DNA of 64,000 nt from Chrysomallon squamiferum (taxonomy: Eukaryota; Animalia; Mollusca). This document shows positions 1 through 15,480 of this stretch, one piece after another. The stretch covers positions 2,170,001 to 2,234,000 of the forward strand of contig CM022670.1 of the NCBI GenBank assembly GCA_012295275.1. The letters run 5' to 3'. The position numbers were made by a program, and so were the translations under genes. The notes below the pieces were generated by a model. It did not search any database. It saw only the letters and a list, made by a program, of their open reading frames with translations, and had not been told where the DNA came from. The stretch's first letter is position 1. Every line of letters starts with the position of its first letter.

Positions 1-456
1 TCATCTAGACATTGATTAAGTGAGACAGAAAGATCATCCTTGAACTTTACCAATAATGAATCAATACAAAACAAAAGCGATCTGTCCAGACACTGTTTGC
101 CTGTTCAGACGTCTTTGGACTTGGCTGTGACCACTGAATGCTCAGATGCTCACACAAAAGAAAGTTTGGTTCTGTCGGTCTGCTCTCAGGACAGTATTGT
201 TGTTGTGTTACGACAGTAACAGCGATAATAAAATACAATCTCACCATTAATAATAGTGTTAGTTTCTAGTCAGGAGAGTAGTATAGTTGTGTTAGGACAT
301 AATAATAATAATAATAATAATAATAAAGTCACAAAATACAATACAAATTACTATATAAATTTATTTAAAGTTATTTTTATTGTTATTGTTAATATATTAA
401 TGTTCTTCTTCTTCATTGGTTAAATGATATGACATACAATCTCAGTAAAGCTATGT

Positions 457-693
457 TGATTAAACAACACACATCTGTTGTCTCTTATAGGTACTACAGG
501 TGTTGCACCATGTGGCCCCACCAAAACTAAAAAAATATGTTTTTTAAGGTTATTATTAAGTTACCATTTAATGGAAATAAATAGTAGTTGACAGTGAATT
601 AAGCAGTTTATTTACTGAGTGGACTCAGAGAAGGTCTCATTCACTTGGATACTGTATTGTCAAAATGTTATTATTTTACTGTGTATGAGTATA

Positions 694-731
<38 letters not shown>

Positions 732-929
732 GTATATATGTATTTTTTTTTTTAGTTGATTTAGTAATTTAATCTGTTATTTAATCATTTCTTATGTATG
801 TATTAAATTACCTGTTTTCCTTGGTAACTTAAAATTAATCTTAAGAAACATATTTATTTTATTTTTGGTGGGGCCACATAGTGCAACACCTGCAGAACCT
901 ATAACAGACAACAGATCTGTGTTTAATCA
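457..929. mobile_element. Foldback/MITE-like element with imperfect inverted arms of about 108 bp
   Basis: The arm 457-565 (TGATTAAAC..ATCTGTTGTCTCTTATAGGTACTACAGGTGTTGCACCATGTGGCCCCACCAAAA..TTAAGTTACC) is the reverse complement of 822-929 (GGTAACTTAA..TTTTGGTGGGGCCACATAGTGCAACACCTGCAGAACCTATAACAGACAACAGAT..TTTAATCA). Confidence 0.7.
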
Positions 930-1850
930 TCCATTATCAAATATCCTCCCAGTCACCATTCCTGTGATTGTCATTGTTCACCAATTCCTTGTGCTTAGCA
1001 GCAAGCATTCTTTACATACACATGGCTCAGTAATCAGGAACAGATAAACATGTGTCTTTGATACACCAGAAGACTAACAAGATTTATGCTGCCCACATTC
1101 ATTGCATAACAGGTGATCAGTCCAGATTATCTTACATCTAATACAATGATGTGTGCATGTCTTTTCATGTGTCTTTGTCTGTTTATCTGTCTAGATATCT
1201 GTCTATCCACATATCTTTATATATCTTTATCTGTATTCTTTATCTTTATATATACATATATGAAAAACACATGCATACACACACATCCTTCAAGTATAAG
1301 TTATTACAGCTCAGATGAAAGTGTGTATATGTCTGAATTAAAAACATGATAGTTTGTCTTAATTGGGTTGTGACTTGTCAGTGTCATCTGTTGTTTGTTA
1401 TTTATATGACAGTAAGAGTTTCAGGGGACTTTTCTGATGTGTAAGTAAAGAACTCTGTCATATCTGTAGGAAGAAAAAAAGTTCAGTTTTTGCACATTTT
1501 GGTAATGGAATTGAGAGGAATTTTGGTCTCTTGTGTATAATCTGTCAATTACAGAAAACTTGTGTGGTTTGTGAATATTGAATAGACTGTGTAACAGAGA
1601 TACATGTATGTTTTTATCGTTTTATACTACAGATAGACATTTATGTTATTTTTATTTATTTATTTATTTATTTATTTGAGAGTTTGATGAAAATTACTAA
1701 GTATTTTAGTTTATATTTTTTATTGTTTTGTTGGTTCTTTTATTATTTTTTTTTTTTTCAGTTAGCAAATTAATAAAAAATTCTTTAAAATCTGTAACAC
1801 GCTGAATAAATACATAAATGTATAAATTACTCCAATATATGTTCTTATGT

Positions 1851-1882
<32 letters not shown>

Positions 1883-2053
1883 TAGTAATAACATGAACAT
1901 TTTTTTGGTTTTTTTAAACCCCGGAAGGACACAACTTTTATCACATTATAAATGAATGTTAATTAACTAAATGAAAAACACATCTGCATCATCCATATGC
2001 ACATACACACATACCCACATACACACACATAATATCTGTATATACATAAATAC

Positions 2054-2190
2054 ACAACACATACCACAAACTTTGATCAAACTCATGGAGCACTGGCAGG
2101 AATAGGAAACAAGATAATAGGAGTACCAAGTAGGATTGATCCTGTAACCAGTCAGACCTTAAGCCAAACATCAAGCACTCTAAGTTCATT
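2054..2190 (+). repeat. Dispersed SINE-like repeat copy
   Basis: The core ACACATACCACAAACTTTGAT..TGGAGCACTGG is shared, in degenerate form, with 8201-8274, 9865-9925, 14031-14103 and 33881-33967. Confidence 0.5.
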
Positions 2191-5035
2191 CTAAACCTTT
2201 ACATGAAGTGCACCAAATTATAAACAACCGTTTGGGGTTTGGTTTTTGATTTTTTCCTTTTTTTTGATTTTTTTTTTTGTCTTTCAGAAAAACACTGGTA
2301 AATCATAAGGGTTTGTGTAAAAAAAAAAGGTTTTCATTTTTTTTTTTTTTTTTTTGTGTAACCACTGGATTTTTTAATATGTTCATTTATTTTCTGTCTG
2401 TCTGTCTGTCAGCTTAATTTTGCAGCTATAGTCTGCCTGTGGAACTTTGAATTTCAGTTTACACTGCTGAATTACAATGAAATTTTTAACTGTTATTAGC
2501 TAAAGTTGTAAAAACAAGTTAATGAATTTGTAATGACACATAACCATATTTAACATTAATCATATTATGATGAAAGCATACTTTAAATTGTTTTCAAAAT
2601 AACATACTTCACTGGATTTTTTTTGTTAAATATCAGTTATATTTTTCTTGTCTACTGGTGAAAAAGATTTGATTACATTTAGAAACTGAAATATGTTTTG
2701 ACTCCAGAATTCACAACCACAGAACAAATTTTTAAGTTAACATGTAAATCATTTGTCTTTTGAGATTCTTTATTAGCATTTGAGTTCAAATTTATACTTT
2801 ATAAAAAAAATACTAACAAAAACATGAGTATAAATTATTACAAAAAACATTTATAAAAAAAAGAAATTCAAATTCAAATAAAAAAAGAATCTAGGACAAA
2901 TCTCAAAGGCATAATTTCTTCTTCAATTTCTTTTTTGCTTCTTTTTTTCATTTCATATCCAGAGAATTTGTCTCAAATGTCATAATTCCTTCTTTAGTTT
3001 TATTTTCTTTCTTTTTTTCATATCCAGATAAATTGTCAGAGAAACAGGAAACATCACTAATTGGTGATGAAGTAAAATATATGTGATTTCTTTATTAGCA
3101 AGCAATGGTTCTAACTGAAAAGTAGCTGTTGACAGACACTGAAGTCTGTTCATTACTTGATTGCTGATTAACATATTTGATTATACTTCTCTGGTTGTGT
3201 GCTTTGACAAAGTATAAGCTGATAAATATCTCAAAGTTACAGTAATGGTATTGAAATTTCAGAAGTGGTTTATTAGGCTGTTTTTTGTTTTGTTTTTATA
3301 AATATTTGATTAAGTTTGAATATCAAATTGAAAATATTCTTCTACTTTACATTGATTTTCAATATTTATTAAATATCTGGAATGTATAAAAGTTTCTTCC
3401 AATTTGTTTTATTCACTAAACCATTAAAAAACTTTTTATTTTAAATTTGTATTTATTATTATTAGTTACTGTCATTATTTACCTTTAACAAATGTTTTTT
3501 TTTTTTTTTTATTTATTTATTATTATTATTACTTGTTTATTTATTTTTATTTATTTATTATTATTATTATTTTTTTTTTATAATTGATTTTTTTGGCTAA
3601 ATCAGTCAACTGTAGCTTTATCACATGCCCATACAGAAATGTATGTGAGCCTAAAAAAAAAAAAAAAAAAAAAATGGACCATATTTTTAATCAATAAAAT
3701 CAAGTGATGTCTTTAGATGAGACAGACACTTGGCAAACAGGAATCATCCAGAAAATCTTTCAGTTTAATTCATAAAGATTCTGCATATTTGCTGTTGCAG
3801 TTAATCAAGTTTAGTGTGTTGAAGCCAGATTCAGAATTTGATTGGCCTTAAAGTTTGTTTAACAGAGGCAGACTTGGTTTTATACTGAGACCTGCAGCTC
3901 AGTGCCTACAGGCATCAGGAAATATTTTCAGATCTGCATTTTCCTTGAAGGTGTCAGTAGAAAGTATTAATAAAGAATAATGCATCAAAGTTTGAGCTTC
4001 TGCTTAAGAGATGACTATCAAAGTTTGTTTTTGTACTTTTTTGATTTTTGTTTCTGTGTGTGTCTGTTTCTTTTTTCTATTTTTCATTTCTTTTTTATTT
4101 TCTGTTTTTCTTTCTGTTGTTTTTTCCTCTGTTTTTTTTTTCCTTTTTTTTTTTTTTTTTTTTTTACTTGACTTTGGATTTTAAGTACAAGTTTCTTTGT
4201 GTTGCAGATATTGAATTCATGTCCTTCATTGCATGTTTTGTTGCAGTGAATGTTTTTTAATCTGACTAATATCCTTGAGATGTATTCATGTGCATATACT
4301 TACTACTGTCTGTCATTGCAAGTACGTAAACTATTTGACAGTATTACAACAGATGAAATGCTTTATTTTTTTTATTAAAATAATGTCTGTTTGAAATGAA
4401 ACTACTTCTGATTACCAGTATACATTTTATTGTAATTAAATTATTGATTAATTAACAAAAATTACTCTTAATGCATCTGTTTCGGTTGCCATGGTAGCAG
4501 ACATTGCATTGTTCTGGGCTGATCAAAATGGTACATTAGAGAATTTGCTATAACTCAGTGTATACTGACCATTACACTGACCATTATACTGACCATTATA
4601 CTGACCCCTCTTATCACAGGGTTAAGTCCAAACTGTGACTTGTCTTTCCCAAGGTACCCAACAGGTTAAAATGTATTTCCAGCAAAAGAACATTTCTTTG
4701 TAATTTGAATTTACAACAATAATTCTGAGATGTAGATAATATTTAATCTTAATTTTCTCTCCAGATTGGAATGCAGCTGCTTGGTAGGAGGAGACTGTAT
4801 GACGTTGTTTCTGAGAAGGTAGTGTTGACATGCTGCTGCTGTAGTTGCACACAGTCATGACAGTGCAGTTAGATTTTGAAGATTGATGGTTGAGAAGGAC
4901 AAACAGGTTTGTATTTCATTGACAGTAGTTTTATAGCCAGTGAGGAATTGATTAATATGACCACCATGTCTTCTTCATTAACATTTCATTAATATTATTT
5001 TAAGATGCTGTGTGTGTTTTGTATTTTGTATCAAA

Positions 5036-5256
<221 letters not shown>

Positions 5257-8200
5257 TTTTTCATTGTTATATGAAATAAAAGCAGTCAAAATTATGTGAA
5301 GTAGTGAACTAATCACTTCACATAATGATTTTTTTATTTTCCTGTTGTTCAAGTTCTGTTTGTTGAATATCTTTTCTTTTTTAAGCCAGCTGCTATCAAA
5401 TGTTTATTGTTGTATGGTGGTTGACATGGTGAATTACTGATCAAAAGGCAACAAGTCATTAAAAAAAAAAAAAGTTTTTTTTTATTATTTGTATGGCACA
5501 TAATGATGTGTTTTATTATTATTATTTTTTATTTTTTTTTTTTTATTATTTTTATTTTTTTATTGATATGCAAAAAGCTAAAAAAAATTCCTGTGATTTC
5601 ACTTATTTCACAAAGTGCTTTTTTCAGTGATACTTCACAAATGTACTTTTACACAGTTTTTGGGTGATATTTTGCAAAAGTAATTTCAAAGTTTATCTGT
5701 GATATTAAAAAAAAAAAAAAAAAATACTACAACAAACAGAAATATGCTGATGTTTTTCCACAGTTGTACTGCTGATGTCTTTCAGTCAGTTTCATCTCAG
5801 ATGTAGAATATTTATGGATCAGTGAATGAATCTGTTTTATGCTTTGGTGTTGAGACTTCTAGTTTAAAAGAATGTCAACTGTACATTGAAGGCTTTTTTT
5901 TTTATATGTATGCTTAAGTATTTGCAATTCATCTGTAAGAAAAGCCTGTGTGTTGCAGCATACATATACATATAATTTTATATTTGTATATTATTTTACA
6001 AACAAATTTTGTTTTCCTTTTTTTTTTTTTTTTTTTTTTCCCACTGACTTTATTTGATCTCGAAAGATATTATTTTAATATTTAATTGCAGTGGTATACA
6101 AATATTCATTCATAATCCTGTCATTCATTTATGATAAGCAGCATGCAGTATAGTTAATATTCATTGTCCACAGTTAACAGTGATGCATGGCTCACAGTAT
6201 CTTTTAAACAAAAATCTGTCATGCATCAGCAATTTTAGTGAGAAAAATATCACAGGACATTTTAAACATACTCCTCTTTCATTTTCACTGGTGTCTGACT
6301 TCAAATCCCGTTTTCTGAGATGTTTTTAAAATCTAAATTTTATACATCAGTGGACATCTTTGTAAATACCTTTCCTATATGGTTACTGAAACAAGATATA
6401 CGTGTGCTTGATGTAAACACATTCAACATAATGTAGGAAGAAGAATAGAGAAAGAACGAGGAAGAGAGACAGAGATCCATTTTGTCTTCTCTCTTCTTTT
6501 TTTATTCTTTTGTGTGTGTGTGTGATTTCATGTATTTTAAACATATTTTCAAAGATCCTGTTCTGTATATATATATATCCTGTATAACAGATTTTCAGGG
6601 GAATTTTCATGGTTCATCCACAGTTTTTCAGTATTCTGTAAAAAATATCTAGAAATAAAAACTTAATATGTTAATATATACATCTACATATTTACTCAAG
6701 TTGTATATGAACTTTTTTTTTTCTTAGATATTCTGCAACAGTAAAAATATTGTATTAACTTAGTAAGTTCCTGTTTCTTTAAAGAACTATACATTTATTT
6801 GGAAAAAGTGTGAAAATGACCAAAAGAGAATAAGAAAGAGACAGAGAGAGAGAAAGGTAAAGAAGAAATAATCAGGTTTAATGGATACAAGTCAAGCATA
6901 TGGATGTAAAGGAAAAAAGTAATCAAATTTATTAGACTGACAGACTAATGGACAGACACATGGACACAAAGAAAGTGTTAACAAGACACGATGCTTTTTA
7001 AGAAGTGTCATGTTCAGTCAATCAATTTGAAAATGAATATCTTTTTAAGATTCTCCTAGAGAAATCTATTTTAAAATCTTCAGAGTTAAACATCACAGCA
7101 GAGATGTTGAGTATCTTTTGTCAACAGCCTCTTCAGCATTTTGCATTAAGATCTTCATTACAACTATTGAGGTGTAGTCAACTGTAAAAATGTATTGGAA
7201 TTCTATCAGGATCTTTCTCCACCCTTCATCTCCAGAATCGGTGCCTTCCATCTTCATTGATTAGTCATTATGAGAGAATATCATGCCTGATCTTTGGTGG
7301 GTAATTTCCTTCATTGCATAAGGCGTGTCCTCGCCAGTTGGCAAGAGATTAAGTCTGTGAGGGGGTTTAATCTGAGGCCCTGTCTTTGTGTCAGGCTGTG
7401 AGAATGCAGGTGCTGGTAAACTGTCCGTGTTTTACAGTGTGAACCCAATTACTACACTGATATTTCACACTCAAATTTCTTTAAATAGCAGCTGAATTTA
7501 AAACTCTTTGAGTTCTTGAGTACCTCTAATACCTCAACAGCGGTCATCATTTTTAACTTCCCCCATTATTATAATGATGGCTCTGATGACCACAGTACAT
7601 AGTTAAAATCTACAATACATAACAGGTTTTGTTTGTTTCAGTTTTTCCATTAGTCACTGATCTCTAAATGATTGTCTCTGATTTTATGGAGTGTGTTTGT
7701 GCGAGTCTTTTACAGCTGGTTGATTCTGTCACATAGAACAACATGCATAAGTAAATATATTTGGGTGAGCCTATTCTTTTTACATTTTTAAAATTGTTTT
7801 GCATTATGCTCTTCAGATTTCTTAAGATACAGATCTCATTTCATGTTAGCAAACTCAGAAAAAGAGTTCAGGCTTGTTGAAATTTGCTTGGAGCATTTTG
7901 CAAGTGCGAGGAGTGTATGAGTGAAGGACAAGGTAGGACTTTAAAAAATTCAAACATTATCTGTTTATGACTTCATATAAATTATATGCACATGAAAAAA
8001 GGGAGAAAATATTTTATTTTTATATTATTAATATTTTTTTTTAGCTCCATGTATTTTTAGTTTGGTTATGACATCATATAATTATTTGGATATGAGAAAA
8101 AAAAGAACAGTTTTCAAAAACACCATTTTGACACCATGTAATTATAATGTTTACACAGTAAGAGAGATAAAAGTCACCACTGTTTTCAGTTAACATGTTT

Positions 8201-8274
8201 TGTATGCACCTTCCCATAGACGGTAAAGCACATACTGTGAGCTTTGATTGAAGGAGCACTGGCTTGAATGGGAA
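8201..8274 (+). repeat. Dispersed SINE-like repeat copy
   Basis: TATGCACCTTCCCATAGACGGTAAAGCACATAC..CTTTGAT..GGAGCACTGG; same family as 2054 and 33881. Confidence 0.5.
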
Positions 8275-8834
8275 GAGTATAGAGCTGAGACCATTTGTAC
8301 CTCTGTAACTGCTTTACTACATAATATAAAACACTGGTCAACATGGACAGGTTTCAGTGTTAGAAATAACATAGTTTGTGTTACCATCCCAAATAACAAG
8401 TCCAATTAACCAGTTTAGGATTTCTAATTGCAAAATGAAAATTAAGGCTTGGCACACAGCATAAATGTAGTTTCAGGACTTCAGAGCTTAAATGTCTAAT
8501 ATGACTATAAAATACACATAAAAACCTCATAAATCATATTTTTTATTACTCAGTTGTGAAAAACAGCATATACTCTGGGGTGTTTGTGTGTTTTATCAGT
8601 GTATTAATATTAAACAGAATGATAGTTTTTGATAAAACCTGAAATATTTGAATGATGAAGTATGTTTTTATTTTGTGTTTTTATGTGTCTATATGTTTTT
8701 GTGTGTACACCTTAAATATCATTGTTATAAAATATAAATAAAAATGAGACTGAGAGATCTAATAGGTAAATGTAGATAAAAATATTTTATAGGACAGGAT
8801 GATCAAGATAGTGCAATAAATAAATAATGCAGAC

Positions 8835-8962
<128 letters not shown>

Positions 8963-11704
8963 AAATGAGTAGAACACAAAATGAGTAGAAAAGAAATAGA
9001 GTAGATGGTGTGTGTGCCTGTGTGTATGTGAGAGAGAGAGATAATTAGTATGACAGAAAGAAAGATAAACAGAAAAAATAAGACTGAGGAATATATATAT
9101 ATTTTTCTAAATTAGAGTAATTGTGACACAGAAGTGCAGAGACCTTACAGATGTGATACTGACAAAAACACAGAGGCAGATATACAAACAAGATAACGAG
9201 AGAGAGAGAGAGAGAGAGAGGATGTTAAAGAGAGAGAGATGAAAGAAACAAGCCCAAGAAATAAAGATATCATATCGTCATTCCTACACTCCCACAACAA
9301 ACATTACTAAACACACTTGAAATTAGACATACCTAAACTACTTCAGGTACTTGTGTGAAGGATGTAATAAAGCAAATATGTTGCGCAATAAGTTTGAGTG
9401 TCAGAAGGATATTCACTGTTCTTAATCAGGATGTATTTTATTTAAGAGGCACACATCACATGTATCAATGTAAGTTCAATTTTTAAAATTATTTTTTTGA
9501 TTTTTTATTTCATTGTGTGTGTGTGTGAATGATATATTCAATAAGAAGCAGTTTTCATTATGTATTAGTTTACTTCTGTGACAGGTTATAGTATATTTCC
9601 ACTTTAAATATATTTTAAACAACACCAGTAATAATCAAATTCTTTTTAGTGTTAAAAATCTGAGAATTTAAATTATTTTAAGTAAAATGTTCACTTTCCC
9701 TGAACTGACAAGTTACTGAATTATTATTTTTTCAGTCATACATGAAAACTATGTTAATGTATGGTTACCACTTGCTAAATACCATAAAGTTGATAATATA
9801 TTTCTGTACAGCAATATAACAAAAAAAATGAACTCTTCTGCCAGACCAGTTTCATCAATTATCAACAAGGGATCTTTTATTTGTATTTTCTGATACACTT
9901 AGCTTTCGTAATTCAGTTGTGAAACATCAGTTCTGTTTCTTAATCATTTGAAAATGATCTAAGAATTTATTAAACACCCAAAAACTTGTTTATGAATGAT
10001 AATGAATATCCCAGATCTGTTTCTTAATTATTTGAAAATGATCTAAGAATATATTAAAAGCTTGGCCATAGATTGAAATAAGTACCGCAGTGCTTAACTC
10101 AATTTCTGAAAGAAAAAAAAGAAAGAAAGAAAAAAAAAACTGAGACAAGACCCTAAAGAGCCCAGACGATTATTTTACAGAAGTTATTCAGACTTGTACT
10201 GTTCTTATTTATGGCGATTTAGAACTAATCAAACCTGTTTGTGATTCATAACTCTTGGCTATTGAGAGTTAGTGGATCATTACTCGGTTGCTGTGCAGTT
10301 ATGGAGTGCTATCACAATGGATGACATCGCTGGTGTGTTTTTCTCTCAAAGATGTAAGCTGTTCAGTGTAATTGAATTAGAGCTTTATTACCTGAATGGA
10401 CACGAGTGATGTATGTTGAAAACAGTCTGATGTTGTGTGGCATCAGTGTAATAACTGTCGTATGTACCAGTCGAGAACTCAGTCAGGTGTAATGACAGTT
10501 GATGAAACATGTTATTAGCGTTTAATCTGTTTCTTCTTAACTTCGTTGTTTTTTTTTTCCTTGTTGTGCATATGTTTAACTCTATTTAAATTTTAAATTT
10601 ATTTATTTATCAGATTTATTTAAATTTTTGAATTTATTTATTTATCACATTTATTGCTGTTTTTGCTTTTATCAGTGAAATAACTGTTGTATGTCATTAG
10701 AGCTCAGTATATTAAATCAGTGAAGAATGTTACTAGCTCTTAGTGTCTTTCTCCTTAACTTATGGGGTTGTTGATTTTTTTTTTTTTTTTTTTTTTTTCC
10801 CTTCTTTTTGTGCACAATTTGTTTTAATTTTCAGTTTTAATTTTCAAATTATATTTACTGACTTTTTCTTTCTTTTATTACAATGATTTTAATTTATTCA
10901 AAAATTAGCTTTTTCATTTTGTAATGTTCTATATTTAATGTTAAACTACTGTGATTATTACCACAACCGTTACATTTTCAACTGCTGCTTTAACTGCAGC
11001 ATCTTGCTATTATTTCTACTATTATTGTTACTATTATCATTTGTGCTGTTAATGGTTTTTTTTACTTAATAATCATTTTTAACAATTCTGTCTGTGTTCA
11101 TGTGTGTGTTTCTGTCTGTCTGTTTAGAAAAAAAAAAAAAAAAAAAAGAATATGTAAATGTTAAATACTGTGTTACAGTGTTTTGGTAAACTGGTTTTTC
11201 GATCGTGGTACATTTGTGTGAACTTCAACGCAAAATGACTGCAGTTCTGTTGTACGTTGCATGAGAATGTATAGCCCATTGTATGATACAGAACCATTGA
11301 ATCCGTGCTATTGTTGCTCTGATTAGTTTTGTCGTTTATTGTATGCCTCTGAAATTCATTGAAATAGTGTTGTGAAATAGTGCAGTGGTTACCTTGCAGT
11401 TACAGTCTTTGGTAACATCTTTTCACAAAACTTCTGGAAATAAAGACATAACGGTTATATTAGAGTTGTCACTTTACGATATTTTATTTATTTATTTAAA
11501 TTAAATTGTTGAACAGTAATTAAGACAGTTAATTACATTTTATGCTTTAATTATTATTATTTAAATTGACTAAATATTAAAACATTTTATGAGTTATGCT
11601 TTCAATTAAATAAATTATTATCATTATATGTTATTTTATTTGTTTATTTTAATTAAATTTAAAATATTTGTATTGTTAATTATTATTTTCACAATTATAT
11701 TTTA

Positions 11705-11870
11705 TATATTATTATTATTATATTATCATCATTATCATTATCTTCATCATCATCATCATTATCATTATCATCACCATCATCATCATCATCATTATTGTTA
11801 TAATTATTATTATCATCATTAACATTATCATAAATATTATCAGTATTATTATTATTATTATTATTACTAT
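11705..11870. repeat. (ATT)n/(CAT)n trinucleotide low-complexity tract
   Basis: Directly visible; it explains the His/Tyr-rich spurious ORF. Confidence 0.85.
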
Positions 11871-12250
11871 TAGTTTTTACAGTTCATTGCTTATTCTTTC
11901 AAATATAATAAATATTTTTAATTTAAAGCCGTGACATTTTAATAACATCTGCACCGTGCCAACACATGTTACACAAGAGAATGACTCACTGTGTAGTGTG
12001 GATATACTTTCTGCACCAAAATATGAATGTTAAGTGTTAACTTGGGGTAAATTCAGAGGTTTATTGATCAAAAAGTGACATGTCAAGGCAAAGCCTTGGG
12101 ATTTACAGATTAAAGATTTCCACAAAAAGAAAAATAACCCAGTACATACCAGTCTAAATATGCACTGCTATCACTGAAGCCAGGGTGAGTAGTGTTCTGT
12201 ACAGTTTAGTGCTCTTGTTAACACTCTGGCTGTATTTTCTTATGTTCATC

Positions 12251-12274
12251 AGAGAGACAGAGAGAGAGAGAGAG

Positions 12275-12339
<65 letters not shown>

Positions 12340-12400
12340 TGTGTGTGTGTGTGTGAGAAAGAGAGAGAGAGAGACAGAGAGAGACAGAGAGAGAGAGACA

Positions 12401-12434
<34 letters not shown>
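12251..12434. repeat. Compound (GA)n/(GT)n microsatellite
   Basis: Directly visible. Confidence 0.95.
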
Positions 12435-13909
12435 TGCAAAACTTGAATTTAATGTCAGTATCTTTTTAATGATTAATTTCTGTTAGAAGAAATATGTTAT
12501 TGAGTTTTTATAATAATAATAATAATAATAATAATTATTATTATTATTATTATCTCTGTTATCATTGTTATTATGTAATGGACATATAAATACATATTGG
12601 TAACAAATATAATTTAAAAAAAAATATATAAATAAATAAATAAATAAATAAATATAATGTTGTTGATGGACATTTGTAATGTTAAGGTATAATGTTAAAC
12701 TGCCATTATAGTGAAAAACATCAGCAAAAAACATTTTTTTAACTGCTTTGTATAAAAACAATCTCAGCTGTATTTTCAATGTTAATTTTTTTTTTTTTCT
12801 AATTTTGATAGATGTAAATCTATAATATTAAGACAAGTAATTTTAAATAACAACAAAACATCAATTGTAATTATAGTCATGGTGATAATGGTGGTACTAA
12901 CAGTAGTAATAATGTGAAATAAAATCTGTGTTTTACTTTGTAGATATGAATTTCATAAGTGTTTGATCTTTCTTATTAATGTAATCGTATTTTGTTTTTA
13001 TGTCTTTTTTGTTGTTGTTTTTTGTTGTTTTTTTGATACATAAATGTTATTAAGAAAAATAATTACTAAAACATAATAATGATAAAATTAAAACAAATTA
13101 TATATAAAAATTGTCACTAATTACTGTTTAGAAATAAATTGCAGCATTTGTCGTCTTAATTAATGAATTATAATTTTAAATAATAAACATGATGATGATG
13201 GCAGCAACTATGATAATGATAATAAAAAAAAACAAGTAATGAAATAAGCTAATACATTATCCAAATTTACAATTATATTTATTTTATTATTATTTTTTTT
13301 GTAATAAACCAGTAGTTACTTGTTAAACATAAACCAGCTTATTTCCCATGACAGATCTGTCTGTACTCACTGTCTGTCTGTCTGTCTGTGTCTGTGTGTG
13401 AATACAGATTGCTGCTAATGAAAAAATAGCAATTTCTAATTCAAAGCAACAAATAAAAGTCTGAACAGAACATTTAGGTGAAACAGTCTCATCACATCTT
13501 TTCATTTACTTTACTCACTCTTCACTCAGTCTTTGCATATGCAATACAACACCTACAGCAACACCACAATAACAAAATATTAATTGTAATAAAAAAACCA
13601 ATAAAACAGATAGCATCTGTTGTTTATGTATGTGTGTGTGTGTGTGGCATACTTTATAAACATTTTTTTATTTTTTATTTTTAAACTGATGCTGTTTGAT
13701 GAGAATTGAAGAGGTTGTATATAATTAAAATAACTTAGAGGTGAACAACATTATTACTTCAATTCAGACATTTTGTTATTATTTAGTAGATACATGATGC
13801 CCTTGTGTAGCACAGGACAGTGGATACAACTCAGGAAATAAGAATGAATATTTTTTTAAAATTAAGTGCATGTCAATTATTATTATTATTGTTATAGATG
13901 GATATATGG

Positions 13910-13949
<40 letters not shown>

Positions 13950-15480
13950 TATTTTTTTCAGTACAAATATCTCGTTGAATATAACATAGGAGAAGAAACC
14001 CACAATCATTGGCATGAACTGCTTTATCTGTTAGCAGCAAAATATTTTTATTTTATTTCATTTTTTTACAACACTAACAGCACAGCACATAGTGTGTACT
14101 TTATTTGTTAACCAGACTTGGACCCTGGATTCAACAAGAAATAGACCAAATCCAGACAAGTGTACCAGTCACAGAATACTGGTTGAAATTGAAATAACAA
14201 TAGTCAAATTAAGGCTACCAGTTATATTACTGGTTGGAACTGGATATCAGAGTAGACACAATAAGGATTTGACTGATGGAATCCAGGCTGGACTGAAACA
14301 GACTGGTTCCACAACACTTCGGGCAAATTCTTAATAACACAGCTTTTAGCCCAAAACCTTTTCAAGAAACAGTTTTCACAAAACCTGTAATGACAGGTTT
14401 ATTTAACACTGACCTGGTTTCTTTCATAGACTAAAACTTTCTCTAAAGCTGGGGGATGATGAGCTGATATCATTTGTTTTTGACTGTTGTTGAGTTATGC
14501 AGGACAGAAGTACTGTTCTTTTGAATAAATCAGCTATGCAAAATGGTGTAGGCTCTGTACTGAAATCAGGAAGAGTGGTATCTGAGAACTGTCTAGGCCA
14601 AATGTATTGCTGTAAATTGGATGCATCAAATGTAATAGGATCTGTATTGTGTGTAGGAGGCAGCGTAGTGTTACTAAACTTTATCATTTGTAGAAATAAT
14701 TGGTATGAAATAAAATACAAGTATTTCTTTGCTGGAAAGGGGAAGAAAAAAATTAGGCATTTTTTATTGTCTTTATTAATACTCTGATATGAGTGTGTGT
14801 GTCTGTCTGTGTGTGTGGGGGGGTTGTGTGTGGGGGGGTTTGTGTGGGTGTGTATCTTTTTCAGTAGATTGTCAGTTATTTAAATATTGAAATTGAAACC
14901 AGATTTTATTATTTCTTTCAGTTTTATTATCTCAAAATATGAAATGTTCCTTTTATAGTAATAAATCTACAATAACCTATTTTGGAATTAAATTCAAATT
15001 TAACTGGGTAAGCATAAACTATGTTATTTACAAAAACAGCATGTAAGATGATAATCAAATGGAAATGTTCATCTAATTATATACAAATTTTTAAAATTTT
15101 AATTCGATTTTAACTTCAATTTCATATGATGTAAATTCAATAAAAATAACTGAATTTGAAATGCTGTCATAAACACATGTCATTCTCATCAAAGTTTATT
15201 TAATCAGTATCTTTTTAATAGTAAAAAAAGGAGGTTTAAAATGAATATGAATAATTAAACTACTATATATATATATATAGATATATATTTAATTATTTAT
15301 TTACATATTTTAATATTTATATATTATCAACAGGTGGTTGTTTTACTTTTTATTTTTTTTCCCTCTTTTTATGTTTTTTTTGTTTTGTTTGGTTTTGAGG
15401 TGGGGTTTTTTAAACTCTGCTTTTAAATGTTTAAAAAGAAAAATACAGAGTAATAAATTATGGCTTATTTTGTTTTGCAG

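Noticed and set aside
16-219. Open frame of about 67 codons at the window start (+1)
   Set aside because: It is bounded by stops, has no convincing acceptor and shows no recognisable homology.
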